Shown: piece by piece, positions 48,956 through 57,925 of the stretch
Numbering within the stretch: position 1 is the stretch's first letter
Layout: every line of letters begins with the position of its first letter
Origin: a virus
Length of the DNA: 64,000 nt
IMG/VR virus record: IMGVR_UViG_3300032050_009888
Span: 1-64,000 of that record
Direction: 5' to 3' (one strand)
The notes under the pieces: generated by a model
Databases searched by the model: none
Told to the model about the DNA's origin: nothing
What the model saw: only the letters and a program-made list of their open reading frames with translations
Position numbers and translations under genes: made by a program

Positions 48956-51900
48956 ATGAATATTTTTGGTGAAGGTTTTCCTAGTGAAATTGACAGTCAG
49001 ATTTTACAAAGACAAAAAATCTATGGTAGAGGGTTTTCAGGATCTTTTGCTAGATCTTTAGATGATATAACTTATTTAAATTCTAAAACTTCTTGGTGCT
49101 CATTAACATCTGGGGTTGATATTTCTTCTTCGATTTCTATAAATAATCCAACTATAAAAAGTTTAGGACTTAATGGTCCTGACTTAGCTAAAAAGTTTGT
49201 TTTATTTAACGGAACTTCTGAATACCCAAATGGAATAGATAATCAAAGATCAGGAATCACAGATTCTACTAGTATTTATGGAAACAAAAATGGAATATCA
49301 AACGCAGCTTATGGTATAGGAGGAACAGAATTTGGTATAAATCCTATGATGGGTATAACATCAGCTAATATAAAACATGAAAACAGAGGTTCATTAAAGC
49401 GAGCTACAGTTAATATAAAAGTATGGAATAAATATCAATTTGAAATAATTGATTCTTTATATTTACGTGTAGGAATGAGTGTTCTTTTAGAATGGGGACA
49501 TACTTTAGTAGTTGATAATTCTGGAAATTTAATTACATGGGGAAACGGTTCTCCTTATAAAAGTTTATCTAATTCATTTTTAACTAATGGAGGAGTAAAT
49601 AATTGGGAAGATTGGTTACTTTCTATATATAATAAAAGATTAGCGACTCATGGGAATTATGATGGTATGTTAGCTAAAGTATCTAATTTTAAATGGGCAT
49701 TTAATCCCGATGGTAGTTATGATGTCACTGTATTTTTAGTTAGCGAAGGAGATGTTATAGAATCTTTAAAAACAAATATTCTAACCTCCTCCCCAGGAAC
49801 TACTCCTGATCCAAAACGCCAAGCTTCTGATGCTACATCTAGAAAAGATGCAATTGATGAAGATATTTCAGGAGATATTATAACTGCTTTTGCTTTTAAT
49901 AGCAATATAGGAAATTTTCTATATATGTGTAAACAATTTGTAGATGATGTTCCTAAATTTGGAGGTGATCAACTTAATATACAATCATTCATAGGATTAT
50001 CTTCATATAATATAATAGAAGCTACATGGATTAACCCTAGTAATCAAACCCAACTCACATCCCGTAATAATTTAATAAATGATCCTATTAAAGGATGTAT
50101 TCCTTTTGATATAAATAAATGGGAAGATAAAGACCAACATGACATTATAAAATGTGTTTTTGATGATTTAGGAGGATCTGGTTTATTTACAAATGGTCAA
50201 ATAGATGATAAAAGATATTATATTAGACTAGGAGCTTTTTTAAGATTTTTAGAATTATATGTTGTACCAACTAAATACACTAAAAGTAATAAACCAAGTA
50301 AATTGTTACAATTTGATTGGGATATAAATACTAATCTTTTTATTCTACATCCTCTTCAAACCCATTCTGACCCTAGAATATGTTTAATAAATAGAGATAT
50401 AACATTAGAATTACCTCCAGTCCTTGGCTCCTCAGTTACACGTGATTATATATTTGGGATGCCTAATAATATAAGAAAAAATCCTATTGTTAATCAAACT
50501 GTTACTTCTTATGTTCGTACAAATGATGCCAAAGCTGCTAATGAAGAAATTACTTATGGTAATATTATGAACATATATTTAGATACTACTTTTATTTTAA
50601 AAACATTAAATGAAAAACAAAATGATAAAGGTGAAATAGTATTAATTGATTTTTTAAAAAGTTTATTAGGTGGTATTAATGGAGGACTAGGTGGTATTAA
50701 TGATTTTGATGTATTTTATGATGAAACTCAAAATTATATCAAAATAATTGATAAAAATCCTTTACCTTATCTTAATAAAGTAATAACTGCTATTAATAGT
50801 AATTTTCCTACTAGTTTTAAATTTAATCATAATAAATCTTATAATGATCCATCCAATAATTCCACATTACAAGTTTATGGATATAATGGTGATCAAGCAG
50901 GATTTGTGAACGATCTCTCTCTAACCACAGAATTATCACCCCAGTTTTCAACTATGATAACTGTGGGAGCAGCAGCAAGAGGTTCTGTTGTTGGAGAAAA
51001 TGATACTGCTATATCTAAATTAAATTATGGTTTTGAAGATAGATATAAACTTACTATATCAAATAGTCCAAATGATCCAACTTCACCTTATGATTCTGCG
51101 GACTTGATTAAAAGAGAAGAAGAATACAGTAATATGTACATAGATTATAAAAACTTCTTAATAAAATTAAGTGAAGGATACCCACCACAAGGAACTAATG
51201 AAAATAGAAGAATAGTTATAGCTAAAAGTGATGATATTGATAATTTTAAAACAACATTATCTAATTTAATTCAGAAAGAAGTAGAGCTTGAAAAAGCAAG
51301 AGACGCAATTAATGGAACCAATGATGGGGGAACATCTCAAGGCACTGGATTTATTCCTTTTAATTTAAGTTTAACATTAGACGGAATATCAGGTATAAAA
51401 ATTAACCAACAATTTTTGTTAGATACTAGTTATCTTCCAACTAATTATCCTGAGACTATGACTTTTTTAATAAAGAATTTATCTCATGAACTTAGTAATA
51501 ATAGATGGGTTACAAAAATAGAAACATATGCCATATCTAAACAAAAAGGAACTCCGGTTAAAACTCGTGTAAGAGTAGCCCCACCACCAACCTCAACTCC
51601 CCAACCAACACCCACACCAACTCCTACCCCAACTCCTACCCCAACTACACCTACATCAACTCCTAAATTAAGAAAAGCAGTTAAAGACCAAACTGATTGG
51701 ACATATGCTAATTTCTCTCCCCCAGGTAGGGGTACCTACTTATGTGCTGGTTGGACATGGAATATAGGTAAAAAAATAAAAAATTATATAGATACTAACA
51801 GTTCTAACCCTATCCCATACTCTTGGAGTGGAGGAGGAGATGCTGAAAGTGTATTATTAAGAACAAATCTTAAAAATAATGGGCTGTGGGATGAAATATA

Positions 51901-52219
51901 CTTAGGAGAAGCACCAGGCAACAACATAAAAAATATAATAGACTCTCAATCTTGGAATTTAGGAGATGTAGCTATATATTTTTCATCTTATATAACATCT
52001 AACCCTCAACCTGGTGATCCAAAAAGATTTACATTTAGACATGCCCAAATCTTTACAGGAGATATTTATAAAGGAACAACTTGGCTAGGAAAAGGATGGG
52101 GAGGATGGACATCTGATAGAAAAACAAACTTTGGTACCTCATATGTATATGGAAATAGAGGAAATGGTTATACTTTTAAAATTTGGAGATACGCTGTTAA
52201 ACCTGGATATTTAATATAA
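48956..52219 (+). CDS. Baseplate hub protein with PT linker and C-terminal CHAP/NlpC-P60-like peptidase
   Basis: Hub-like LSLTLDGISGI...F.I....H.....W.T.I, a PT repeat, then CAGW...GDV...HAQI...WTSD. Confidence 0.6.
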   Translation: MNIFGEGFPSEIDSQILQRQKIYGRGFSGSFARSLDDITYLNSKTSWCSLTSGVDISSSISINNPTIKSLGLNGPDLAKKFVLFNGTSEYPNGIDNQRSGITDSTSIYGNKNGISNAAYGIGGTEFGINPMMGITSANIKHENRGSLKRATVNIKVWNKYQFEIIDSLYLRVGMSVLLEWGHTLVVDNSGNLITWGNGSPYKSLSNSFLTNGGVNNWEDWLLSIYNKRLATHGNYDGMLAKVSNFKWAFNPDGSYDVTVFLVSEGDVIESLKTNILTSSPGTTPDPKRQASDATSRKDAIDEDISGDIITAFAFNSNIGNFLYMCKQFVDDVPKFGGDQLNIQSFIGLSSYNIIEATWINPSNQTQLTSRNNLINDPIKGCIPFDINKWEDKDQHDIIKCVFDDLGGSGLFTNGQIDDKRYYIRLGAFLRFLELYVVPTKYTKSNKPSKLLQFDWDINTNLFILHPLQTHSDPRICLINRDITLELPPVLGSSVTRDYIFGMPNNIRKNPIVNQTVTSYVRTNDAKAANEEITYGNIMNIYLDTTFILKTLNEKQNDKGEIVLIDFLKSLLGGINGGLGGINDFDVFYDETQNYIKIIDKNPLPYLNKVITAINSNFPTSFKFNHNKSYNDPSNNSTLQVYGYNGDQAGFVNDLSLTTELSPQFSTMITVGAAARGSVVGENDTAISKLNYGFEDRYKLTISNSPNDPTSPYDSADLIKREEEYSNMYIDYKNFLIKLSEGYPPQGTNENRRIVIAKSDDIDNFKTTLSNLIQKEVELEKARDAINGTNDGGTSQGTGFIPFNLSLTLDGISGIKINQQFLLDTSYLPTNYPETMTFLIKNLSHELSNNRWVTKIETYAISKQKGTPVKTRVRVAPPPTSTPQPTPTPTPTPTPTPTTPTSTPKLRKAVKDQTDWTYANFSPPGRGTYLCAGWTWNIGKKIKNYIDTNSSNPIPYSWSGGGDAESVLLRTNLKNNGLWDEIYLGEAPGNNIKNIIDSQSWNLGDVAIYFSSYITSNPQPGDPKRFTFRHAQIFTGDIYKGTTWLGKGWGGWTSDRKTNFGTSYVYGNRGNGYTFKIWRYAVKPGYLI
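51580..51665 (+). repeat. Pro-Thr low-complexity linker repeat
   Basis: CCAACTCCTACC-type units encoding PPPTSTPQPTPTPTPTPTPTPTTPTSTP. Confidence 0.85.
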
Positions 52220-52225
52220 TATAAA

Positions 52226-52879
52226 ATGTACTATCCTTTATCCCAAATAATAACAAATCTGTATACAAATGGATCAGAGTTTAGTATAGCTCCTGATGGA
52301 AATGAAAATACTATTTATATTGGATATTATTGGAAAACCTCTAAAGGAGATTTTTTCACAGGTAGAACCCCAGATGATTCACCTATAGTAAAGTTATATC
52401 CTTTAGCTTTAAATCCTATAAAAGAAAATAATATACTACCTTTAGCAAAAGATAACATTAGTGTTAATTTTTTAACTGAAGAAATTTTTCCTGAAGATGC
52501 TATTATAAATGATAATCTTTTAACTTATGTTAAGATATCTAATTTTAATAACTCTAAACCTCAATTGCCTTACTACTCAATTACTTTACCATCAGATAAA
52601 GATTATCAAACAGGAGAATTTATAAGATTTTTTTGTAAGAAAGCTAATGAAAATAATTATATAGAAATAGATAAAGAGTATTATAATAAATTAGTTAAAA
52701 ACGATCGATCTGTAACATTTGAGTATTATATACCTTTTAATATATCTTGGCGATTAACTGGTGATAAAGAACAAGTATATAAAGTAAATAAAAATGTAGT
52801 TGAATTAACTATGAAACAACAAAAATTACCTATGTTTGATTTATATATTAAAAAAGATTATACAAAATATTATAAGTAA
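52226..52879 (+). CDS. Hypothetical protein (last gene of the tail module)
   Basis: ORF before the terminator. Confidence 0.65.
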   Translation: MYYPLSQIITNLYTNGSEFSIAPDGNENTIYIGYYWKTSKGDFFTGRTPDDSPIVKLYPLALNPIKENNILPLAKDNISVNFLTEEIFPEDAIINDNLLTYVKISNFNNSKPQLPYYSITLPSDKDYQTGEFIRFFCKKANENNYIEIDKEYYNKLVKNDRSVTFEYYIPFNISWRLTGDKEQVYKVNKNVVELTMKQQKLPMFDLYIKKDYTKYYK

Positions 52880-52912
52880 TACGGCTTAGGACCCGTTATA
52901 GCTTCGGCTATC

Positions 52913-52947
52913 AAGCATCTCGAATTCGCTACTCGAGATGCTTTTTT
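52913..52947 (+). terminator. Rho-independent terminator ending the structural region
   Basis: AAGCATCTCGA / TCGAGATGCTT 11-bp stem followed by a T-run. Confidence 0.9.
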
Positions 52948-52954
52948 AATTTAA

Positions 52955-52986
52955 TTTGGCTTTTTAAAAATATTTTATTATATTAA
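52955..52986 (+). promoter_or_regulatory. Bacteroidota-type -33/-7 promoter
   Basis: TTTG-N20-TATATTAA. Confidence 0.65.
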
Positions 52987-53004
52987 TATCAACAAATAAA
53001 GGTT

Positions 53005-54282
53005 ATGTTTTATATAGTAGAAACTTCTGAACAGTTAGATGAATTTTTCAATATAGGATACGATAAAGTATTTATCGAACCAATATTATTTAATGATAAT
53101 ATTCACCCTGCTCTAAACCATATATCTTCACTTTATATAAAACCCTTAAACAACGATAAAGGATATATTTTATGTCTTAATCATACTGAGGCATTAAGGT
53201 TGAATAAAACGCCTATATCACATTTATTAGCGTCATTTAAGGAAATATATGTACGTGATCGTAAGTCATTTATATACTTTTTCCCATTAAAAAATACTAT
53301 TGATATTTCATTTTATGCTCCTGAGTATCAAGAACCAACTACATCTGCTCATGATTTTTTCTATCAAAAGCATGGTGATAAAGAAAATATAAACACTATC
53401 ATACCATTAGTTAAACATTATGAAAAATGTGAATTAATTTATAATAAAATTAAAGATTATTGTTTAATAGATAATGTTAAATTTAATAATAAATTAACTA
53501 GTGTGTTTTTTGCAATTGAAAGAAACGGTATTAAAATAAATAAAAAAACATTTGATAAATATTTTGAACTAAACAATGAAAAATTTAACATTCAAGACGA
53601 TACAATTTATACACAGTATAACTTATATACTACAACCGGAAGGCCTTCCAATAGTTTTAATAGTCTCAATTTTGCCGCGTTAGCAAAAGATAATGGATGT
53701 AGAAAATCATTCATACCTGAAAATGATAAATTTATTGAAATAGATATAAGTGCTTATCATCCAACATTAGCGGCTCAACTTATAGGATATGATTTTGGAG
53801 ATGAAACGCCTTATGAATATTTTGCTAGAGAAGCAGGTATAGAGGTAAGTGAAGCAAAAATATTAATGTTTAGACAATTATATGGTGGAGTTTATAATGA
53901 ATACAAACATATAGACTTTTTTCAATTAATCGAAGAACACGTTAACTTATTATGGACAGAATATATTACTAACAAATATATAATATGCCCAATATCAGGA
54001 CATAAATTATCAAGTGATATTAAAGATATTAACCCTCAAAAATTATTCAACTACACACTTCAAAATTTGGAGACTTCAACTAATGTTTGTATCGTGTGGG
54101 AAATTATAAAATTATTAAAAAATAAAAAAACAAAAATTGTATTATATACCTATGATTCAATTCTATTAGATTATTATGAAGATGATAATATTTTAGAACA
54201 AATTAAAGATGTGTTTAAAAAATATAAATTAAAAATTAAACTAACAAAAGGTGATAACTACGATAAAATGACAAAAATGTAA
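53005..54282 (+). CDS. Compact, divergent family-A DNA polymerase
   Basis: IERNGI, TTGRPSN, motif A IDISAYHP, motif B KILMFRQLYGG, NYTLQ, motif C YTYDSIL. Confidence 0.8.
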   Translation: MFYIVETSEQLDEFFNIGYDKVFIEPILFNDNIHPALNHISSLYIKPLNNDKGYILCLNHTEALRLNKTPISHLLASFKEIYVRDRKSFIYFFPLKNTIDISFYAPEYQEPTTSAHDFFYQKHGDKENINTIIPLVKHYEKCELIYNKIKDYCLIDNVKFNNKLTSVFFAIERNGIKINKKTFDKYFELNNEKFNIQDDTIYTQYNLYTTTGRPSNSFNSLNFAALAKDNGCRKSFIPENDKFIEIDISAYHPTLAAQLIGYDFGDETPYEYFAREAGIEVSEAKILMFRQLYGGVYNEYKHIDFFQLIEEHVNLLWTEYITNKYIICPISGHKLSSDIKDINPQKLFNYTLQNLETSTNVCIVWEIIKLLKNKKTKIVLYTYDSILLDYYEDDNILEQIKDVFKKYKLKIKLTKGDNYDKMTKM

Positions 54283-54287
54283 TAACT

Positions 54288-54746
54288 ATGGAAAGAATCG
54301 CGTTTGACCCCTCAGTTGATATTTATAACCAGTATGACTTTACAACTGACGGTGACTTTATGAATAACAGATTATTCGCTACTTTTACGCAACTTGACGC
54401 AATTGAAAACTTAATAGATGATCTTTCATCTTCCTATGATATAATGTATAATAAAATGTTTGTGCTGTTTGTTAAAAGCACAAATGAATACGTTATTACA
54501 TATAATGTAGATCAAGGCAATGTCAACTCAATTCCAGTAAATACTATTTTAGTTCATCGTAAGAAAGAATCAAATACGTTATATACTATAAATGCTCTTA
54601 ATGATTTAATTAAAAAACTAAATGGTGGAGCAGTTGATCCAAATTTTAAAATAAATTGGCAACATTATAAAAATTGTATTTTACTTACTCAACATGGAGA
54701 GGTAAAACAGTTAAACACAAAAATATATAAGATTGTAGATCTTTAA
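54288..54746 (+). CDS. Hypothetical protein
   Basis: HRKKESNTLYTINALN. An internal ATATTTATA (54319) suggests the true start may be ATG 54360. Confidence 0.7.
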   Translation: MERIAFDPSVDIYNQYDFTTDGDFMNNRLFATFTQLDAIENLIDDLSSSYDIMYNKMFVLFVKSTNEYVITYNVDQGNVNSIPVNTILVHRKKESNTLYTINALNDLIKKLNGGAVDPNFKINWQHYKNCILLTQHGEVKQLNTKIYKIVDL

Positions 54747-54824
54747 TATTTATTATAGACCATAATTCATTACTTATTCACACTGCGTAACTAATAAGGC
54801 GGTAGAAAGAGCTTTAAGACTCTG

Positions 54825-54856
54825 TTTGGCCTTCAAAAATAAAAGCAGTATATTAT
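54825..54856 (+). promoter_or_regulatory. Bacteroidota-type -33/-7 promoter
   Basis: TTTG-N20-TATATTAT. Confidence 0.65.
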
Positions 54857-54884
54857 AAAATAGTAAACTTAAAATTTATATAAA

Positions 54885-55763
54885 ATGGACTTAAAAAGTA
54901 TTAAAAACAAATTAAATGCCTTACAAACACAAGGGCAAAAGAAAGAAAAGGTAGATTATTCAAAGTACCTATGGAAGCCAAAACAAGAAGGCAAGTATCA
55001 AATCAGAATTGTTCCATCTAAATTAGACAAAAACAATCCGTTTAAAGAAGTATTTGTACATTACGGTTTTTCAAAATTTCCTATCTACGCTTTAACTAAC
55101 TGGGGTGAAAAAGATCCAATCGTAGAATTTGCAAAACAACTTAAGCAAACTAATGACAAAGAAAATTGGAAACTATCTAAAAAGTTAGAACCAAAAATGA
55201 GGGTATTTGCTCCTGTAATTGTTAGGGGTGAAGAAGACAAAGGTGTTCGTATGTGGGAGTTTGGTAAAGAAATTTACATGCAACTACTAGGAATTGCTGA
55301 TGATGAAGATTATGGTGATTACACTGACATTAGTGAAGGTCGTGATTTTACTTTAGAAGCAGTTATGGGTGATATTGGTGGTCGTCAAGGTTTAAAAACA
55401 TCAATTCGTATTAAGCCAAAAACATCTCCTTTAAGTACTGATAAGAAGGAAATTGAAAAGTTTCTAACTGAACAACCTAATATTTTAGAATTACAGCGTA
55501 AAACTGAATTCGATAAATTAAAGGAAATTCTTCAAAATTGGTTAAACCCAGAAGACGCTACTGATACTGAAACTGAAACTGAAACTGAAGAAGAAGAGGA
55601 AGTAGAAGAAACAAAACCAGTTAGTAAAGGTGATCTACCTTGGGAAGATGAAGATGAAGATGAAGAAGAGGTAGAAGTTAAAAAACCTGCTAAAAATTAC
55701 GAATTAAAGACCACTAAAAAGTCTAAAGCAGATAAGTTCGACGAATTATTTGACGAAGACTAA
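54885..55763 (+). CDS. Single-stranded DNA-binding protein (T4 gp32-like)
   Basis: WKP, IRIVP, DPI.E, WEFGK, D..EGRDF, acidic tail ending FDELFDED. Confidence 0.85.
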   Translation: MDLKSIKNKLNALQTQGQKKEKVDYSKYLWKPKQEGKYQIRIVPSKLDKNNPFKEVFVHYGFSKFPIYALTNWGEKDPIVEFAKQLKQTNDKENWKLSKKLEPKMRVFAPVIVRGEEDKGVRMWEFGKEIYMQLLGIADDEDYGDYTDISEGRDFTLEAVMGDIGGRQGLKTSIRIKPKTSPLSTDKKEIEKFLTEQPNILELQRKTEFDKLKEILQNWLNPEDATDTETETETEEEEEVEETKPVSKGDLPWEDEDEDEEEVEVKKPAKNYELKTTKKSKADKFDELFDED

Positions 55764-55775
55764 AATTAACAAGTT

Positions 55776-56870
55776 ATGGCTAAAAAATCAACTTCGCTAA
55801 CCGAAGCGGTTAGTGCTCAATTAAAATCTAGTTTTGATTTAGATAAATTTAAAGAGAAAAAATCTTTAAATAACAAAGTGAAATTCAAAGATCAGAAGTG
55901 GATTCCATTTTCTGATGCGTTGCAAAAAGCACTTTCATTACCCGGGATTCCTATGGGTCACATAACTATGGTTCGAGGTAAAAGTAATACTGGAAAGTCT
56001 ACTACTTCTATCGAAGCTATAGTTAGTGCCCAAAAGATGGGTGTTTTACCTATTTTAATGATCACAGAAATGAAACATGACTGGGAACATTTTAAACAAA
56101 TGGGTTTTCAAATGGATGAAGTAAAAGATGAAGACGGTAATGTTATTAATTATGACGGATTCTTTATTTACCGAGATAGAAGTACTTTAAATTCAATTGA
56201 GGAAATAGCAGTGTTTATGGCTGATTTGATTGATGAACAGTCTAAAGGAAACTTACCATATGATTTATTATTTGTATGGGACTCAGTAGGTTCAATACCA
56301 TGTCAAATGAGTATAGAACAAGGTAAAAATAATCCAATGTGGAATGCAGGAGCAATTGCAACTCAATTTGGTAATTTTATTAATCAAAAGATTGTATTAT
56401 CAAGGAAAGAAGAACAACCATATACAAATACATTCTTGATTATCAATAAAACAGGAGTAGCACCAGCTGAAGGTCCTATGGCTAGACCTAGGATGACTAA
56501 TAAAGGTGGTGATACATTCTTTTATGATGCTTCATTAGTACTTACTTTTGGTAATGTGACTAATAGTGGTACATCAAAGATTAAAGCTGTTAAAGATAAA
56601 AAAGAAGTAGAATTTGCATTACGTACTAAAATTTCTTGTGATAAAAATCACGTTAATGGAATCACAACTAAAGGAACAATTGTAAGTACAGTTCATGGTT
56701 TTATTGAAGACTCTCCTAACGCGATCACCAAGTATAAAAAAGATCATTCAAATGAATGGTTAGATATATTAGGTAAAGGTGAAGCTAAAATAACTGAGGA
56801 TAACTCAGATTGGGAAGAAAAGAAAAATGTTAATGACATTGTTGATTTTGAAGACGAGGTAAACGATTAA
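55776..56870 (+). CDS. RecA/UvsX-like recombinase
   Basis: GIPMGHIT...GKSNTGKST Walker A, VWDSVGS, KGG..F. Confidence 0.85.
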   Translation: MAKKSTSLTEAVSAQLKSSFDLDKFKEKKSLNNKVKFKDQKWIPFSDALQKALSLPGIPMGHITMVRGKSNTGKSTTSIEAIVSAQKMGVLPILMITEMKHDWEHFKQMGFQMDEVKDEDGNVINYDGFFIYRDRSTLNSIEEIAVFMADLIDEQSKGNLPYDLLFVWDSVGSIPCQMSIEQGKNNPMWNAGAIATQFGNFINQKIVLSRKEEQPYTNTFLIINKTGVAPAEGPMARPRMTNKGGDTFFYDASLVLTFGNVTNSGTSKIKAVKDKKEVEFALRTKISCDKNHVNGITTKGTIVSTVHGFIEDSPNAITKYKKDHSNEWLDILGKGEAKITEDNSDWEEKKNVNDIVDFEDEVND

Positions 56871-57925
56871 TGAATAACAAAGACTTACTTAAACTTCTGG
56901 ATGGTATTCATGAAGATGAGAGAACAATCCTTAAGGATGAAAATAGAGTTCTAATTATAGATGGTTTAAATTTATTTTTAAGAAACTTTGCTGTACTTAA
57001 CTATATCAATCAACAAGGTACTCATGTTGGAGGTTTAGGTGGTTTTATACGTTCATTAGGTTCATTAGTTAAACAGATTCAACCTACTGCTGTTTATGTA
57101 GTATTCGATGGAATAGGCTCTTCCTTAAATAGGAAGAGTCTTATTCCTGAATACAAATCAGGTAGAAATGTAAATCGTATTAATGCTAATATATTTGATC
57201 ATTTAGATGATGAAAATGAATCTAAAGCAGATCAAATAGGAAGACTAATACAATATCTAAGATGTTTACCTATTAAAATTTTATCTATAGATAAAGTTGA
57301 AGCAGATGACATTATAGCTTTTTTAAGTGTTGAAATGACTAAAAATGAAAAAACAAAAGCATTTATAGTATCTTCAGATAAAGATTTTCTACAATTAGTA
57401 GATGATCGAATCACAGTTTATAGTGCTATTGAAAAGGAATTTTACACACCTAAAAAAGTAAAAGAAAAATATGGCATTGAACCCCATAACTTCTTAACAT
57501 ATAAAGTATTGATGGGTGATAACTCAGATAAAATACCAGGTATAAAAGGGTTAGGTCCTAAAAAATTACCTAAAATGTTCCCTCAGTTATTTGAAGAAAA
57601 ATTATATACATTAGATGATGTTTTTAAAATGTCTGAGGACAACTATAAAAACCATGATGTCTATTGTAAGGTTATAATGGATTTTGATAAATTAAAGGAT
57701 AGTAAAAAAGTTATGGATTTAGGTAATCCTATTTTAGATGACAAAGAAAAAGAGTTTATATTAGATATTGTTAAAAGCTTGGCTTTTAAATTAAATATAC
57801 CTAAATTTATCGAGTTATATAATCAAGATGGATTAGGTAATATTTTAAAGAATATAGAATATTGGCTTAGAGACAATTGGAATATAATTGATAGATATAA
57901 TAAAGCAAAGCAAAATAAGTTATGA
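56870..57925 (+). CDS. 5'-3' exonuclease / flap endonuclease (T4 RNase H-like)
   Basis: IIDGLN, VFDG, YKSGR, EADD, SSDKDFLQ, GDNSDKIPGIKGLGPK. Confidence 0.92.
   Translation: MNNKDLLKLLDGIHEDERTILKDENRVLIIDGLNLFLRNFAVLNYINQQGTHVGGLGGFIRSLGSLVKQIQPTAVYVVFDGIGSSLNRKSLIPEYKSGRNVNRINANIFDHLDDENESKADQIGRLIQYLRCLPIKILSIDKVEADDIIAFLSVEMTKNEKTKAFIVSSDKDFLQLVDDRITVYSAIEKEFYTPKKVKEKYGIEPHNFLTYKVLMGDNSDKIPGIKGLGPKKLPKMFPQLFEEKLYTLDDVFKMSEDNYKNHDVYCKVIMDFDKLKDSKKVMDLGNPILDDKEKEFILDIVKSLAFKLNIPKFIELYNQDGLGNILKNIEYWLRDNWNIIDRYNKAKQNKL
57778..57809 (+). promoter_or_regulatory. Intragenic Bacteroidota-type promoter upstream of the helicase
   Basis: CTTG-N20-TAAATTTA, with the same GCTT context as the intergenic copies. 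Confidence 0.45.

Noticed and set aside
55560-55680. GAAACT / GAAGAT microsatellites as contingency loci
   Set aside because: They are in-frame repeats encoding the acidic SSB tail, so length changes would not switch phase.
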